A DNA stretch of 64,000 nt from Raillietiella orientalis (Eukaryota): contig JAYWIR010000008.1 of assembly GCA_036172245.1 (NCBI GenBank), forward strand, positions 62,001 to 126,000, written 5' to 3'. Below the pieces are notes generated by a model. That model was given only the letters and a program-made list of their open reading frames with translations. It was not told the DNA's origin and ran no database searches. The position numbers and the translations under genes were made by a program. Each line of letters opens with the position of its first letter. The stretch's first letter is position 1. Below are positions 13,919-26,479 of this stretch, piece after piece.

Positions 13919-14379
13919 TTTCCTTGCTCTCGGATCCTCGTGTGCTCTTGTAAGTGTCAAACCTGTGCAAATCGGGATCGGACTCACTCAGATTCGAAGA
14001 TATTGAAAGCGAAAAAACAAAAGCCAAAAAAAAAAACAAAAAACGGAGTGCCCTCTGTACTCAGAAATTAACGTGCGAGTTTGCTTCACCAAAGACAAGT
14101 TGGAGAGAGAACTTCATGATGCAGAACTGGGAAATCTTTCCGAGTTGACAAAAAATTGTGTGCATGTCTTTTTTTTTTCTTTTTTACTCTGAGGATCCTT
14201 TCGGAGCTTTTTTACCTTAAATATAAGGGAAGCTCTTGGCTTGAGTTTTTTTCTTGTTTTCTTTTCTCGAAGGTCGCTTGAGATAGTTTCCTTGTTTTTT
14301 TGCTCACTTGTTTTCATGACGTCAATGTAAACTGAAAAATCGCTGTTTCCGTTCCTGCTAGATTGCGAGCACCCTAATC

Positions 14380-17330
14380 GCGTTTTCACATGTGGCGTAT
14401 TTTGAACGATATGATTGACTTTTCGTGAAAATTGAAACCTAATTTTCCTTCAGATGATATCGAACCAAGTGCAAGGTTTGATCTCCCTCGTGTATCTCCA
14501 CCGCGGACTAGTTCCCCGGTTCGCCTTCCTTCCAGAACAAGGGGTGCCAGGCCTGCTCGCACGTAACTCTAGCGAAATTCCATGCGAACTTGATTCTCGT
14601 TCATCTCCCAAGCATGCCAGTATTACTTTGCCAAATTCACTTTACTTTGACGTGCATATGCGTATCCGTCATGTTTCACATAAGTGACATATTATATTTA
14701 CACCTTATAAATTGACTCCTCCATTCCATTCTATCGATAAGTTAGTTTTGGTATTATTTTTTTGGTATAATCAGCATTCTTCTTCTCGCGTATCAGCTTA
14801 TCAAATCCTTGTGAAGTTCAAGTTTATGATGCCTCGACACGTGGCTACAAGTTGGCACCATTTCCTCGGGGACCGCAGAAACCGAAATCAAAAGGAAGTA
14901 ATTGCTTCCGTCTTGCATGTGTGCGTGTGTTCCATCTTGTTAGCAATCTCATACTTTCATGCAACTGAGCTTTCGTTGCCCTGTTAATATTCATGGAATC
15001 AACAAGGAATCGAACACTGCGAAAGAGTGGTCTTTGAAGTCTAAACAAACAGTATTTAATGAGGTGTATTTTCGGGCTGTAGGATTTTCCAGGTTTGTTC
15101 TGGCGATCATGTGAATGCTAAAGACTCCGTGCGATGCTTCAGCTATGACTGAGAAGTTCAGCCACTGATGTAGTTATTCAGAAAGCAGTAAATGCTGTAC
15201 ATTTTTTTTCAGTCAAAAATTGATTCTCCTAAATTACTCTGCACTTCATTGTTACGGTTTTGTTTCCAATGTTTGAATGCCAGTTTCCTTCATATGATGG
15301 TGTCCCCCCAAAAAAGGATGTGCATCCGATTCTGGGAATTCAGATTCATACGTGCCTCCCGACTCAACGTCCACCCAGGCTTGCAGATCGCAAGCAGAAT
15401 CGTAGGTGCAGAAGTTGTCAAGTATGAGATGAGATGTTACTTCATGTGGCCAAGCCTCTGCTTGGGACATTTCCTGTGGCAGATTCAGCGGCACGACGCC
15501 TTGGCTCGCAGGCGGAAGATGGCAAATTGAGGAAACTGGGAAACAGTCTCTTGTGACAGGATCATCTCTGAAGCAGACCCTCGTCCCCTACAGGGTCTAG
15601 TTTTGCATAGCGAAGAAGAGTGGTCATCCTGAACGTCTCCCGCCCCTTCGAGAACGCACTTGTCGAGTTCAGAAGGACCCGAAGGAGAAAGGGAAAATTA
15701 AATTCAAAGAACTTGCCCCCTCCGTGTGAATGGAGAACGTTCGCGTAACCGTCCGAGCCTCGATAGTTCCAAATGAAGAGGTGATGTTTAGGGCGAACGA
15801 TTCCGCGGCCACAACTCGGCAAAACGAAGCGACTTAGGATTGCTCCCTAACATTCAACATGGTCGTCATTCTCACCTGCAGGATCCATAGGCTGGAGCAT
15901 ATCCTTCACGAGGAAAGCGAACAAAGCGTCGACGAGCTGATGCTAGCCGACGCAGATGTGGACGGAGGCTCCTAGGAAGCAATCTCGTAAGACCACACGC
16001 ACGAGCAGAAGGATGGGCTACATTTGAAATACGAGCGAGTTGGAGTCGAGGAAGATGTCGAAGGCGGTGGTGATGATTTGTTTGCGCGATCCCCTCAGTC
16101 CCACTGTAAGACCGCAGTGGATTGCTGATCGTGGACCAAAGCGCGTAGGGGCTGCTCGTATGGCAACAGATGCTCGAAGCGCTGTTTTTTAAACAGTCCG
16201 CCCGTGCTGCATCTTGAAGTTCCGGAACTGAAGAAATTGTGGAGCTGACGTGTGGCCGCCCAGCGTGACTCTTCGGTCGACCTCGCAGGCACGACTCGAC
16301 TCTGCCTGGACTTGCTCCGCCGATCTCGGTTTTGGAATTTGGGGAAAGCGAATTGTGGGCAACCACTGATTTCCGTAGGAGTTCTCACATATGAACATGG
16401 TTGGAATGACTATGCTCGAGTCAGGTTCCTCGTGAATTTCAAGCTCTCCCCGGACAATTCCGGTTTTTTTTTCTTTCTTTTCTTTTTTTGGGGTTCCCCA
16501 AGTACTCGATAATCGTTCGCCTCCTTAAGGAACTCACGAATCTCTTGGACACCGCCCATGCCACCCGAGGGTATGTATGACTCTTCAGGTTAGGGAGTAA
16601 TCCCAGAGGGGACAACCTGTGAATCCAGGAAGGTTCCGGAGAAGGGATTCCTTTCCTCAATCTGGGGAGGGAGCTCCAAAGGGAACCTCTTCCATGCTCT
16701 CTCCGGAGAGACCCTCGGAGTGGCCCTATCCTTTTTTTTTTTTCTGTAGAGGGAATCCCCGGAAAGGATCCTCTCTTTGTTTCCTCCTCTGAAGAGAACC
16801 CCAGAAGGGCACTTCCGAATTTCTCTAAAGTGCACTTCCCTAAGGGAGTGGTGCGTCTTCTAATACTCTGGAGGTGTATCGATCAGCTCCAGTACTCGAT
16901 GGGGGGTCCCACCCGGAGGAAGGGGGGGAAGGGGAATTCATTTTCATAACCGGATGGGAACCCCGAAGGGAACTGGCTCCTTGATTCCTGGAAGAACTAC
17001 GGAGGGCCAACTTCCATTCGCAGCCTCTCAACGGGGGCATCCGGGGGTTTCTGGACTCCACCAGTGCCGCTGCACCTGAAGTCCGTAGGCCAACCAGCGT
17101 CTCCGTGCCGGGGGGAAGGAGGGGGGGACTGGAAACCCACGTTGCACCCACCCCCAATTTCTCGGCGTCGATCCTCCACGTGATACCACGCGTGGAGACC
17201 GCAGCCACGCAACCTCCAACGCGGACCAATCCCGGCCGAATAAATCGAACGATTTCCCACTGAAGATGGGACATCCCACGAGCTGCGCGAGAGCTGTTTT
17301 GAGGGCGACAGCGTCAGGTTGATTCATCTG
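14380..17330 (-). mobile_element. Decayed Ty3/gypsy retrotransposon (gag-RT-RNaseH-integrase order)
   Basis: Colinear on the minus strand: CPIFSGKSF (gag, ~17270), GGKFFEFNFPFLL..NSTSAF (RT, ~15700), AEAWP (~15460), FSVIAEASHG (RNase H TDAS-like, ~15140), IKPCTWFDII..SRKVNHIV (integrase, ~14450). Confidence 0.55.
16590..17180. repeat. Dispersed repeat copy A (gag-side region of the gypsy relic)
   Basis: Shares direct nucleotide blocks with 22230-22380 and 23060-23630, e.g. ctgtgaatccaggaag, ttcctcctctgaagagaa, ccaccagtgccgc..cacctgaag and gccaaccagcgtc. Confidence 0.8.
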
Positions 17331-17559
17331 CAACAGTCGTCAGGATTAATTTCCCTTATTCATTACTGGTTTCTAAATAGGATTAAATCATTGTCAGAAA
17401 CTTTGCTTTACTCCTGTATTCACTGCATCGATATTCGGTTGGGCATTCCGTGTTCTCCATTTAGGGCATTCTGTTTCATGTTTAAGAGCTCAGAGGTTCC
17501 TTGCGGTGTCAGGAACCCCTTCGAGGTTTGTTCCCTTTTCGCGCTTTCTCACGTGGTGC

Positions 17560-18450
17560 ATCTCTTGCCAGAGGCAATCGTTTTCTTGCTTCTCTTTTGC
17601 CTCTTCCTCCCTTCGCGGATTGATGAAACGGTTTTGACGGATTGGGCTTAGCTGTGTTTGCAGTGTACTCAGCACAGTGGCCATTCTTCCACAAGGCAAG
17701 CACGCGTGGTCATTGCCTCGGAGCGCTCCATCCACATGACCTATAGGAGAGAATTATCCTTGAGAGATGTAAAGTGTAGGCGCCCAACGCGCGAAGCACT
17801 CAGTCCCTGTCCCGCCGAAGGGAGGCCACGAATTCGTTGGGATGTGCAACTTCTGGATGATTTCTCGAGAACCTTCTTCACAGGTGTGTTGTGTAAAGAA
17901 ATGTGTCACTCGAGTGTGTCTCATTTCTCTTGGTCAGTTCCTGCACATGAAGATTTTGTCCGTACTTGCCTTACTATTTTATGACGACCTCTATAATAAA
18001 TGCGTGACTAGAAAAAAAAAAAAAGTCTGATTTCTTCTGAACTTTGTAATTCTGTTGTGCAACCCGTCTTTAAGCCTTTGAAAGCCCTTCAGACCTTTCT
18101 TCTTCTTCTTTCAAGCCAAAAGATGGCACGGGGACTTGGATCAACTTCTGCATCAATTTATTAAACCTGAATTGTATTTTGCACTTGAAAACTTCATGTT
18201 GTACTTCAGAGACATAAATGAAGCACTGGATTCAATCCTGGAATTCCAGTCGAAATTCCTGGCAGAGCTGATTGACTTTCCCGATCTTACAGTCCATCAG
18301 AAAATCCTTATGGAATCTTCAATGAAGCACCTGTTTCTCAGCCTTCACGACACTGCCAGGGAATTTTTGATAGACATCGGCTTTCGTTCGATTTTCAGCA
18401 ACCACGACTCTGCTCTGGGGATCATGAAGTGAGTATTCGCCATGCTGAGC
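17560..18450 (-). mobile_element. Possible Penelope-like retroelement relic
   Basis: Minus-strand EVVIK..GK, then RVGRLHFTSLKDNSL.PI and QLSP, loosely matching the Penelope RT N-terminal motifs DKG and PKIHK..PLRPI. Confidence 0.3.
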
Positions 18451-19899
18451 GCCCACCCGTCTTCAGTGAATCCGGTGCCACTTTCAAAGCAGTGTACAGT
18501 CGATCCCCGTGTGACTCGGATTCGTACAACGCGGCGCCCGTCCTCGTAGGGCGCAGCGGTAAATCAGCCCTGTACGGCGGTTCTGTGGCTAAATTTTGAC
18601 CGTTCGGGAAAGTGTCCCGCTCAGCTGTTTCCAAAGAAGAACACTGCACGTATGACTTGAGTTGAATTCCCTTCCCGCTCAGGTTCTTGAATAAAGTTGC
18701 GCAAGAAGGTGGCAGCAAAAACGATACAGCTCGAGCTGTAGAATCGTTTAAACGCTTATCTATAAAAGCGCGGAAAACTCTTTTTTTTTTTTTTTCGTTT
18801 CAAAGTAAAGTGAAATATTGATTTTTTTTTGTTCATATGCATTTGACATCTTTCATAAATACCATCGTCTGTCCCTGTAAAACCTACTGGTCTCGTAGAA
18901 CGCAGAATGTCTCTCTCGCGTTATACAGGGAGGGACATTATAATACAGTGATAACGAAAATTGCACCTGAATACTCGAAATCAAATAGTTGCTCTAAAAT
19001 AAGAGAGTGAAGATCATCATGAGACAATTAGAATCCAAATGTATTTTAATTATCAAGTGACGTCGTTTACACTGTTTACATCGAGAAATCGCTTAATGCT
19101 CTCAGAAAGCATTTTCATTCTTTCTGTTCGATTCCAAGACGTTTGCATTTTTTTTAAAAAAAAAAAATTCATTTTTTCTGTGTTTTGCATTCACACACAG
19201 AATAAACAAGCTGTCCTTCAAAAAGCAGTTATCGTCTTGTCAAAAATCAAAAAGCAATTAGCAACGTGAAGAACCCACGTTTCTAATGCTTATCTTGGAA
19301 ATGATTCGAAATGAAAGGATGCAGAAGTGCAACATAGTGAACATCAGAAAACGTCCAAAGATTCGTGAGAGTGAAATCGTCCTTACTCGGGTTCTTTCAA
19401 GTTGGATTTCGTATAAATCTTCTATGGATATGCACAGTTACTCTTCATAAGATAAAGAGATTTCTTCTTCTTCTTCTTCTTCTTGCTTTAAAGTAAAGTG
19501 AGGTGGTGAATTCTTTTTTCTTAACTGCTATGGCGTTCAATATGCATTCTAGATGCTTCATAAGTACGATCATATTGTCCTTGTAAAACCTACAGGTGTA
19601 AAACCTATCTTCATAAGATGAAGATTTCCTTAGCCTAATTCTTACCATCTTTCTTCTGAAGATAGTAAGAGTTATGCCACGCCACGATCAAGAAGCTTAT
19701 TATAAAGTAAATTATAAAGTGCATTAAATGAATTCTATTTACTCATCAGCTGCTATCTCAGGGTCGCCATCCACCAATGAAAAATATTAGGAGGATCAAC
19801 GAATTGAATTTTTGCGTAGCATTTAAAATGAAAATGTATTCGGTTGGCACTATGGAAACAGTGCCAATACAATGTATTAAAATATGGCATTCAACTTTT

Positions 19900-20560
19900 G
19901 TGGAACTGAACTTTCATGAACTTCAGCATTATGTATTTCCCTCTCGGTACTCTTGAATGCCACAAGCAATTCGGACCAGTTGCTTCAAAGACTCTGGAAG
20001 GCAGTGCGCGAAAAGTCCTTCCCATGAATTTTTCGAAAACTCGTCAGTTTGAAGGAACTGAGGTTTCAGCATCCAGGAAAAGATTTCGGAAAGCCTTTTA
20101 AATTCAGAATGCGAACTGCGGGCTCTCAGAAGGTGTAACTAACGAATTTCATCTTACAAGGCTTCGTTTCACTCGATGTTACACCGCGCGCAAATGAAAA
20201 AAAAGAAAAAAGGAAAGAGTAGTTGCAGTTATCCCGGAAGGGAAGCGTTTGGCCCATCTCGGCAGTATTTCCTCCCCAGGAAAAAAAAACGGGAGTGTGT
20301 CGGGAAGGTCACAAATGACTCTCCTCCTGGGAACCAGCGTGCGCGTCGGAGACACCCCACCGCACAGCTCCTGTGCGAGCACTTTCGGTACTAGCAGGGG
20401 GTCAGGTTCAAAGTTCGTCTCAGCTTGTTACGTTCCAAATGGAAGACAGTCTCCCTACGAAACGAGGCCTGTGCAACCTTTTTTTCTTTTTCTCCTTCGC
20501 TGCAACCAGAGAAGTCAGCAACCGCGAATTCCGTACAATTTTACGCCCAGGGACTGAACT
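19900..20560 (+). mobile_element. Possible Tc1/mariner transposase relic
   Basis: FSIQEK, GDTPPHSS and RQSPYETRPVQPF lie in the order and spacing of the FSDE / DNAPPH / SPDLNPIE motifs. Confidence 0.35.
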
Positions 20561-21010
20561 TCCCTAACGCTTTTCAAATTTGAAGGGTGATCGGATGCAC
20601 CGAAGGGATTAAAAGTGAAGCTGTGAGAAGTGAAAGTGACGCATTGCTTTGGTGTGTATGAATTTTGCGTGTTGCACGGAGCATCTTGAAGCGTTTTCCC
20701 TTCAAATCCACGGGGAAGATCACTTCTCGGGGCACGCGAAATTCCATTCGTCCATGTCGTATAAACGATGCGATCCCGAAAAGCGTGGAGGATTTAAATG
20801 TGATAATCAGTAATTAACTCGAGATGTATTTCAAGATGTCTTTGAATAAAAGTGGGAACTAAAGCAACGTGACTTCGTTTTCTCTTGAGTCGTGCTATTG
20901 GACGAAATTGATATTTGTAATTAGATCAATTTAGAAAATTAATTCGCTGAGAAATCTTGTTTAAGACGATATCTGTTCCCGCACCCCCTCCCTCCATCTT
21001 GAAGTTCAGT

Positions 21011-21305
21011 TTCTCTCCCTCTCTCCCTCCCTCTCTCCCTCCCTCTCTCCCTTCCTCTCTCCCTCCCTCTCTCCCTCCCTCTCCCTTCCTCTCTCCCTCC
21101 CTCTCCCTCCCTCTCTCCCTCCCTCTCTCCCTCCCTCTCTCCCTCCCTCTCTCCCTCCCTCTCTCCCTCCCTCTCTCCCTCCCTCTCTCCCTCCCTCCCT
21201 CTCTCCCTCCCTCTCTCCTCCCTCTCTCCCTCCCCTCTCCCTCCCTCCCTCCCTCTCTCCCTCCCTCTCTCCCTTCCTCTCTCCCTCCCTCTCTCTCTCT
21301 CTCTC
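21011..21305. repeat. Pure polypyrimidine microsatellite (CCCTCTCT / CCCTCTCTCT type units)
   Basis: About 295 nt of C/T only, visible directly. Confidence 0.97.
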
Positions 21306-21856
21306 ATATAATTGTAGCTAAAGCAGATCTGTTCTAACGATATCTATTTGTATCTATTGTAATCTGTTTGCAGATTTCTAATTCGTTTGTTAAGAAGGAC
21401 AGGATGCCATGGTTTGGATCTTTGGAGAATATACTATAACTCTAGAGTGTCTGTTGAGCAAATGAGAATTAAAGTAAGTCCAGTATTGTATCAGATGAAA
21501 GTACGGTATGAATATCTGGGCCGACACATGGCGAAGATCATCCTTAGTGCCTTCCATCTCTGCAACGGTCAGTGCATAAGACTGTGACCAAATACAAAAT
21601 TTCTAGACCACAAGAGTGGTTTTTTTTGTGTGTTTTTTTAAAGAGGTTTTCCGTTCTTCTTCAGTCCATCGCGTCATTCTGTTGTTTTGCACTGCTGCTT
21701 TGGAAAGGTCCGATTCACGGGTTGGCATTCAGTGCAGTAGCGATCGGAAGCTGCGACGCAAAATTTTCTTCATCTTTCTGTTACGACTGTCAGCACGATA
21801 TACTTACCGTTTTGCAAACCTCTGTGGACCAATCTTTCAAGCTGGCAAAGCTTCCA

Positions 21857-21887
<31 letters not shown>

Positions 21888-22059
21888 CAGAAAAAAAAGA
21901 ACGGAAAGAAAGAAAGAAATGTGCAGAAAGTTTGCATGAGGATTCACGACAAAGGATAAAAAGATGACACCTCTGATCAAAGCATCCCATGTTCCCGGGC
22001 TACGGAAATCACCGAAACGTGCGAGTTTTTTCCGAATGGAACTCTTCAAAGGCCGATGA

Positions 22060-23640
22060 TGGTTAAAGATCGACTTCCAGTCGAAACCTGCGGAACGGCA
22101 GCTTCGAACTCACACGAAGTGCTCAAGAAACGCTGTTCGCCTGGCGTTCCTCTTTGACGCTGCCCCACGCCACCCGAGACGGTGCATGTAGCAGCCCTTC
22201 AAGCTTGTGGGGTTCCCTTGAAGCTTTTTCCCCCTTCCTGGATTCACAGGGTGGTCCTCTGTGAATCCAGGAAGCGCTGTGGAGGAAGGAATCCGTTCCT
22301 CTCACGCTTGGGTGGGAACCTCGAAGGGAACCATTTCTTCTTTATTCTCTCCGGAGGGACCCCAGCCGGAAAGAGGTGCTCCATGTTTTCTTCTCCGATG
22401 TCGACGCGGACACGCCAGGGGCGTTCGTTAAGATTGAAAATAAACTCGCAAATTGTGGTAGGACACGTGGTCCCACCACACGCTGTTTGTACACGGACCT
22501 GCCGGATGCAGCAAAGTGCTGCTGGGGCTGAGGCTGGCGTCAGGGCCTCTCCCTCACGAAGAGAAGCTTGAAAACTTTCCTGAGGGTACCAACAGGGATC
22601 CCTGAGGTCCCATAGAGGTCAGAGGGCGACACGGTCCAAGAGCAGGTGCGGAAGGGAGGGATTCGCGTCCTCCGCACCTGTGACAGTCCGGGTTCGCCCT
22701 CCCCTTCGTCCAATGGTGCCGGTGGGGTGTTGCAGGGGCGACCCCAGTGCAATGGCTGCAGAAGTGCCGACCCCATTCGCTTCAGGGGGAGGGCGCTGCT
22801 CTCCGCGAACACCGGTGCCCACTCCAGGTCTTCGCCAGGAATACCGAGCACCTCGCCCCAGAGTCGTGGTTCTCGTGGGAGGGCACTCGGGGTCGCAGCG
22901 TCGGTCAGCTGCACCGTGGTCCAACCATTCATCAGCTTCCGCCTGCCACCTCGCTTGTTGGCTGCTGCCATTCGCCCCTCTCAACACGCACCTAGACTGT
23001 CCACGCCGCCCGAGGGTGCGTGTTACTCCTCAAGCTACAGCTTACTTCCTCCTTCTCCTCTAGGAAGGCTCCGGAGGAAGGATTGGTTCCTCGTGTGCCT
23101 GGGGAGGGAACCTCGAAAGGAACCCTCTCCCTGGTTGTCTCTGACGGGAACTTCTTCCTTATTCTCCCCGGAAAGAACCCCGGAGGGGGGCACTCCTCAT
23201 TTCTTCGAAGGCAACCCAGAAAGGATCTGCTCCTGGAATTTTTTCGCCGCATGGAACCCACAAGGGAACCCCTGTGTGTCCCTTCCTCCTCTGAAGAGAA
23301 ACTTCGAAGGGACGCTTCCCGATTTTCTCTGAAGGGAGCGGCGCGCTTTTTACACTCTGGAGAGGCAACACCCTCGAGGGAGGTATCAACTGGCTCTAGG
23401 GTACGTGATCGTACGGCTCCATCTCCACCGCCGGAGGAGATCCCCGAAGGGAACCGGCTCCTTAATTCCTTGAAGGGTCCCTGGTGGTCAGCTTCCGATC
23501 CCGGCCACTCTTCGGGTGCATCCGAGGGTTTCTCGACTTCCACCAGTGCCGCCCCACCTGAAGCCAACCAGCGTCATCTTGCTGGGGAACTCGAAACCCA
23601 CGACGCAACCATTTCTCTGGGGTCGATCCTTTATTTCACT
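22060..23640 (-). mobile_element. Second gypsy-like gag/protease relic, paralogous to 16590-17180, with an internal duplication
   Basis: Nucleotide homology to copy A at 22230-22380 and 23060-23630. Zinc-knuckle-like HFCSHCTG (~22750) and protease-like VSTGSRSLTII (~22080). Confidence 0.5.
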
Positions 23641-23849
23641 CGGTCAAGCCGGAGCATTTACTGTAGAGAAAAAAAAAAAAAAAAAAAAGAGATATTTACA
23701 AAAAAAACAGTCATATGCAACATAAAAGAACGCCTTTCTTCTTCGCGGTGGCTTCACATCGCCACTACGAAGGGATGTGCCGCCTCGGAGGCACCGCCTC
23801 CCGTGAGCAGCTCCCCGATGAGGTCCTCCCAAGAGAAGTGAAGGAAGAG

Positions 23850-26470
23850 GTAAACAAAACAAACAAACATAAAAGTTCAGTTTAAAAACGTGTTTGATTT
23901 TTTTTTGGATTGGGGGGGGGGGGGAAGGGATCACAGATTTCTGTAATCTGTGATGGAATTCAGAAATCTGTGATCCCTTCCTGGCACCGTCAGCATCCTT
24001 TGGAGGATGTTCGCAACTTCCTCCTTTTGGTGACAGATTTATCTCCCCTTTCTCATGGAGAAACAGGCGATTTTGATGAGGCTCCCCGTTCAACTGGCCT
24101 TTTCCGGCGCGGCTTCTCGCCGCCACGGTCCCACGAAGGCAGCACGGAGATGCAAGGGAAGCCGCAGGCGACATCGACTCGCGCGTGGAGAAGAGCCGCA
24201 AGACCTCCCGGCCCATTATCCATTGGGAGTGGGGAGGACCACAGCGACGCGTTCCCGGAAACTCAGGTGGGCATCGCAATCCAACAACAATGCAGGAAGG
24301 TTTCCCGTTCCCTGCATCCGACACAGTCTGGGTCCACACACTCCCCCTTGTCTTGGACTCGCACGTTGCATGGGGTCTTCCAGTGCAACAACTGCAATGC
24401 CGAGTACTGCCGCTTCAGATAAATTGTCCACAAACAAACACTGGGAGTATCTCTACTTCTTCAGGAGGAATATCTAAGAGTTCCACCTGGCGAGGAATTC
24501 TTTTGGGAAGGGTGGTACTGGTGCATGAGTCAGCCAGCTGACGCGTCATCCAGCATGTCAGCTGCTTCTTTCCCGTGATCTCACAGGGAGCTCCCCACCT
24601 CGCAAGGCCATCGCTATTTTCTACTTTGTTGGCTGTATTGAGCGTGGCTGCAAGTGGGGTGTTCCGCTCTTAGATGATACTTTCTTGGGCAGTCCATGAT
24701 TTCCTGCAACGAGCAGCGGGCGTAACTCGAGAATCGCAGGCATCGCGAGGGCTCCAGGCTCGTGCCGTTTCTTTCCCCTTACCCCTCAACCGCTTCCTGT
24801 TTCCAGACACTGCAGTTGGCGGGAGGCAGGAAATTCACCTTTCCTCCTGGACCAAGGCAGCCATTTGCCGGAGTTGGCAAATGGCTGCCCACATCGGGGC
24901 AAATCTCGGTGGCCATGCACGAGGAACGCACCGAGTCTCTCGGCGCTGGCTGCTCGCTTGGCCAAGAACTTGGCTGGGACGCGCCGATAGGTGGTCCAGA
25001 ACTTCGCTGCCAGGCCTGATTTTGGAGCTGACTCTCCATTCTCTCCAGCGTCAGGGCACTGAGTCTGGCACCCCGACGCGACGTGCGCACAAGCCTTTCA
25101 AGCGGACCCGGAACCTCTGCGTTGGCCAGAAGGCTTTTCGCAGGTTTTATCGGTCCGCTTTTTTACATCTTCTGGAGAAGGGCAAACAAAAAGCAAGGGA
25201 TGGAGGAAAGGAACCGCGAACGTGTTCCACAGGACAACTTGTTCCGGAAAGAGGGACTTGCCATTCAGGAACGGGTTAAGGGCCGATTCGGCCTTTTGGA
25301 GGCAACCGGACCAGACTGTTGCTGCACAGAAGTTTCTCAGCGGGACTCCCAGGCACTTAAGGCACCTAACCTTGGAGATTTCCAAGCGGATCCAGTCCGG
25401 TTGCCTTGCCCACACCACACCAACGGGAAGAACAGCCGACTTAGTCCTGTTCCTGCGCACGCCAGCTCCCCGGCGGATCAGCTCGAGGAATTTCCCTAGC
25501 GATGCTGCCGAGGATGTCGTGGGTCACAGGAGCAGGTCGTACACATAGACCGACGCGGCAGGCATACCGGGACAAGAGTCGAGAAACGTATAAAGGGCTG
25601 ATCTGTGCGCTCTCGGTGCCAACTCGACGCGGATGCTGAAGAGCAGCGGGCTCGGGCCGTCTCCTTGCCGATGCCACACCCCGGTGTGCCATATAATGTC
25701 GGCCTCTGAAAGAGATTTGATGAGCGCGTTGCGCCAGCAGATAAGCCGGAAAGACATCTAGGAATCCAATACGTTCCAGAAGTTCCAATAGGAGCTCTCT
25801 GGTCGACGCAGTGTCGAATGCCTGTTGCAAATCGGCTGCGACCTCAAGGGTTTTCGGCTCCTCCGACTCAACGTGGCCTCCTGCTCCCTCCACCATCTCG
25901 GAATTCCTTTGGTCGACTGGCGTAACCATTCGTTGCAACTGAAGTCAGTAGCCGGCCAGGAACAGATTGGTTTCCATGCTCCGTCCGGAAACGGAGTACG
26001 TCTGCGTCGGACTGATGAACGTTTCCGCCAACCACCTCAGGCTTTCAGTCCATAGCTTCGTGAGCAGCATGGCGTCTGTGTTGATGCCGGTAATCGGGCG
26101 CCAGTTGCTTCTGTTGCGGAGGTCACCTTCCTTTGGAAGAAGACGTACTCTTGCTGAGAGGAAGGGAGCAGGCACCTCGCCTGTTTCCCGGATCAGCGTG
26201 CACCTCCGATGCACCAGTGGGGTCAGCTCTGCCACAAAACGCTGGTAAAATGCAACCGGCAGACTGTCCTCCTTGGCAGTTTCCTCCTCTTGAGCCTGCC
26301 GATGACGGAGATGATCTCTCTCGTCGCGAAACGGCTCTTTCAAGGAGACGTTCCTCGACATCGTGTAGGCCATACAGTGAGGTTCAGACTCAAGGTGAAT
26401 TCCAACGAATCCCATCTGCTCTCTGTGAGAATACCGGAATAGCCTCCTGGCTTCAGTCCTTCCCCGTCCT
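23850..26470 (-). mobile_element. 5'-truncated L1/Tx1-clade LINE (ORF2 RT to 3' UTR), frameshifted
   Basis: DSLPVAFY, RLLPKEGDLRNRSNWRPITGINTD..FISPTQTYSVSGRSMETN, DLQQAFD, RQGDGPSPLLF, VYVYD (YADD position), KCLGVP, VVLWNT, a C-terminal zinc-like LLLDC, and a TTTG-rich tail near 23860. Confidence 0.9.
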
Positions 26471-26479
26471 CCGCTCCCA

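Noticed and set aside
18136..18432. Helical-looking 98-aa plus-strand ORF followed by a gtgagt donor
   Set aside because: No family was recognised and no partner exons were found; it overlaps the putative Penelope relic on the other strand. Not fully excluded.
20939..21337. ER-rich and PSL-rich ORFs
   Set aside because: They are translations of the CT microsatellite.
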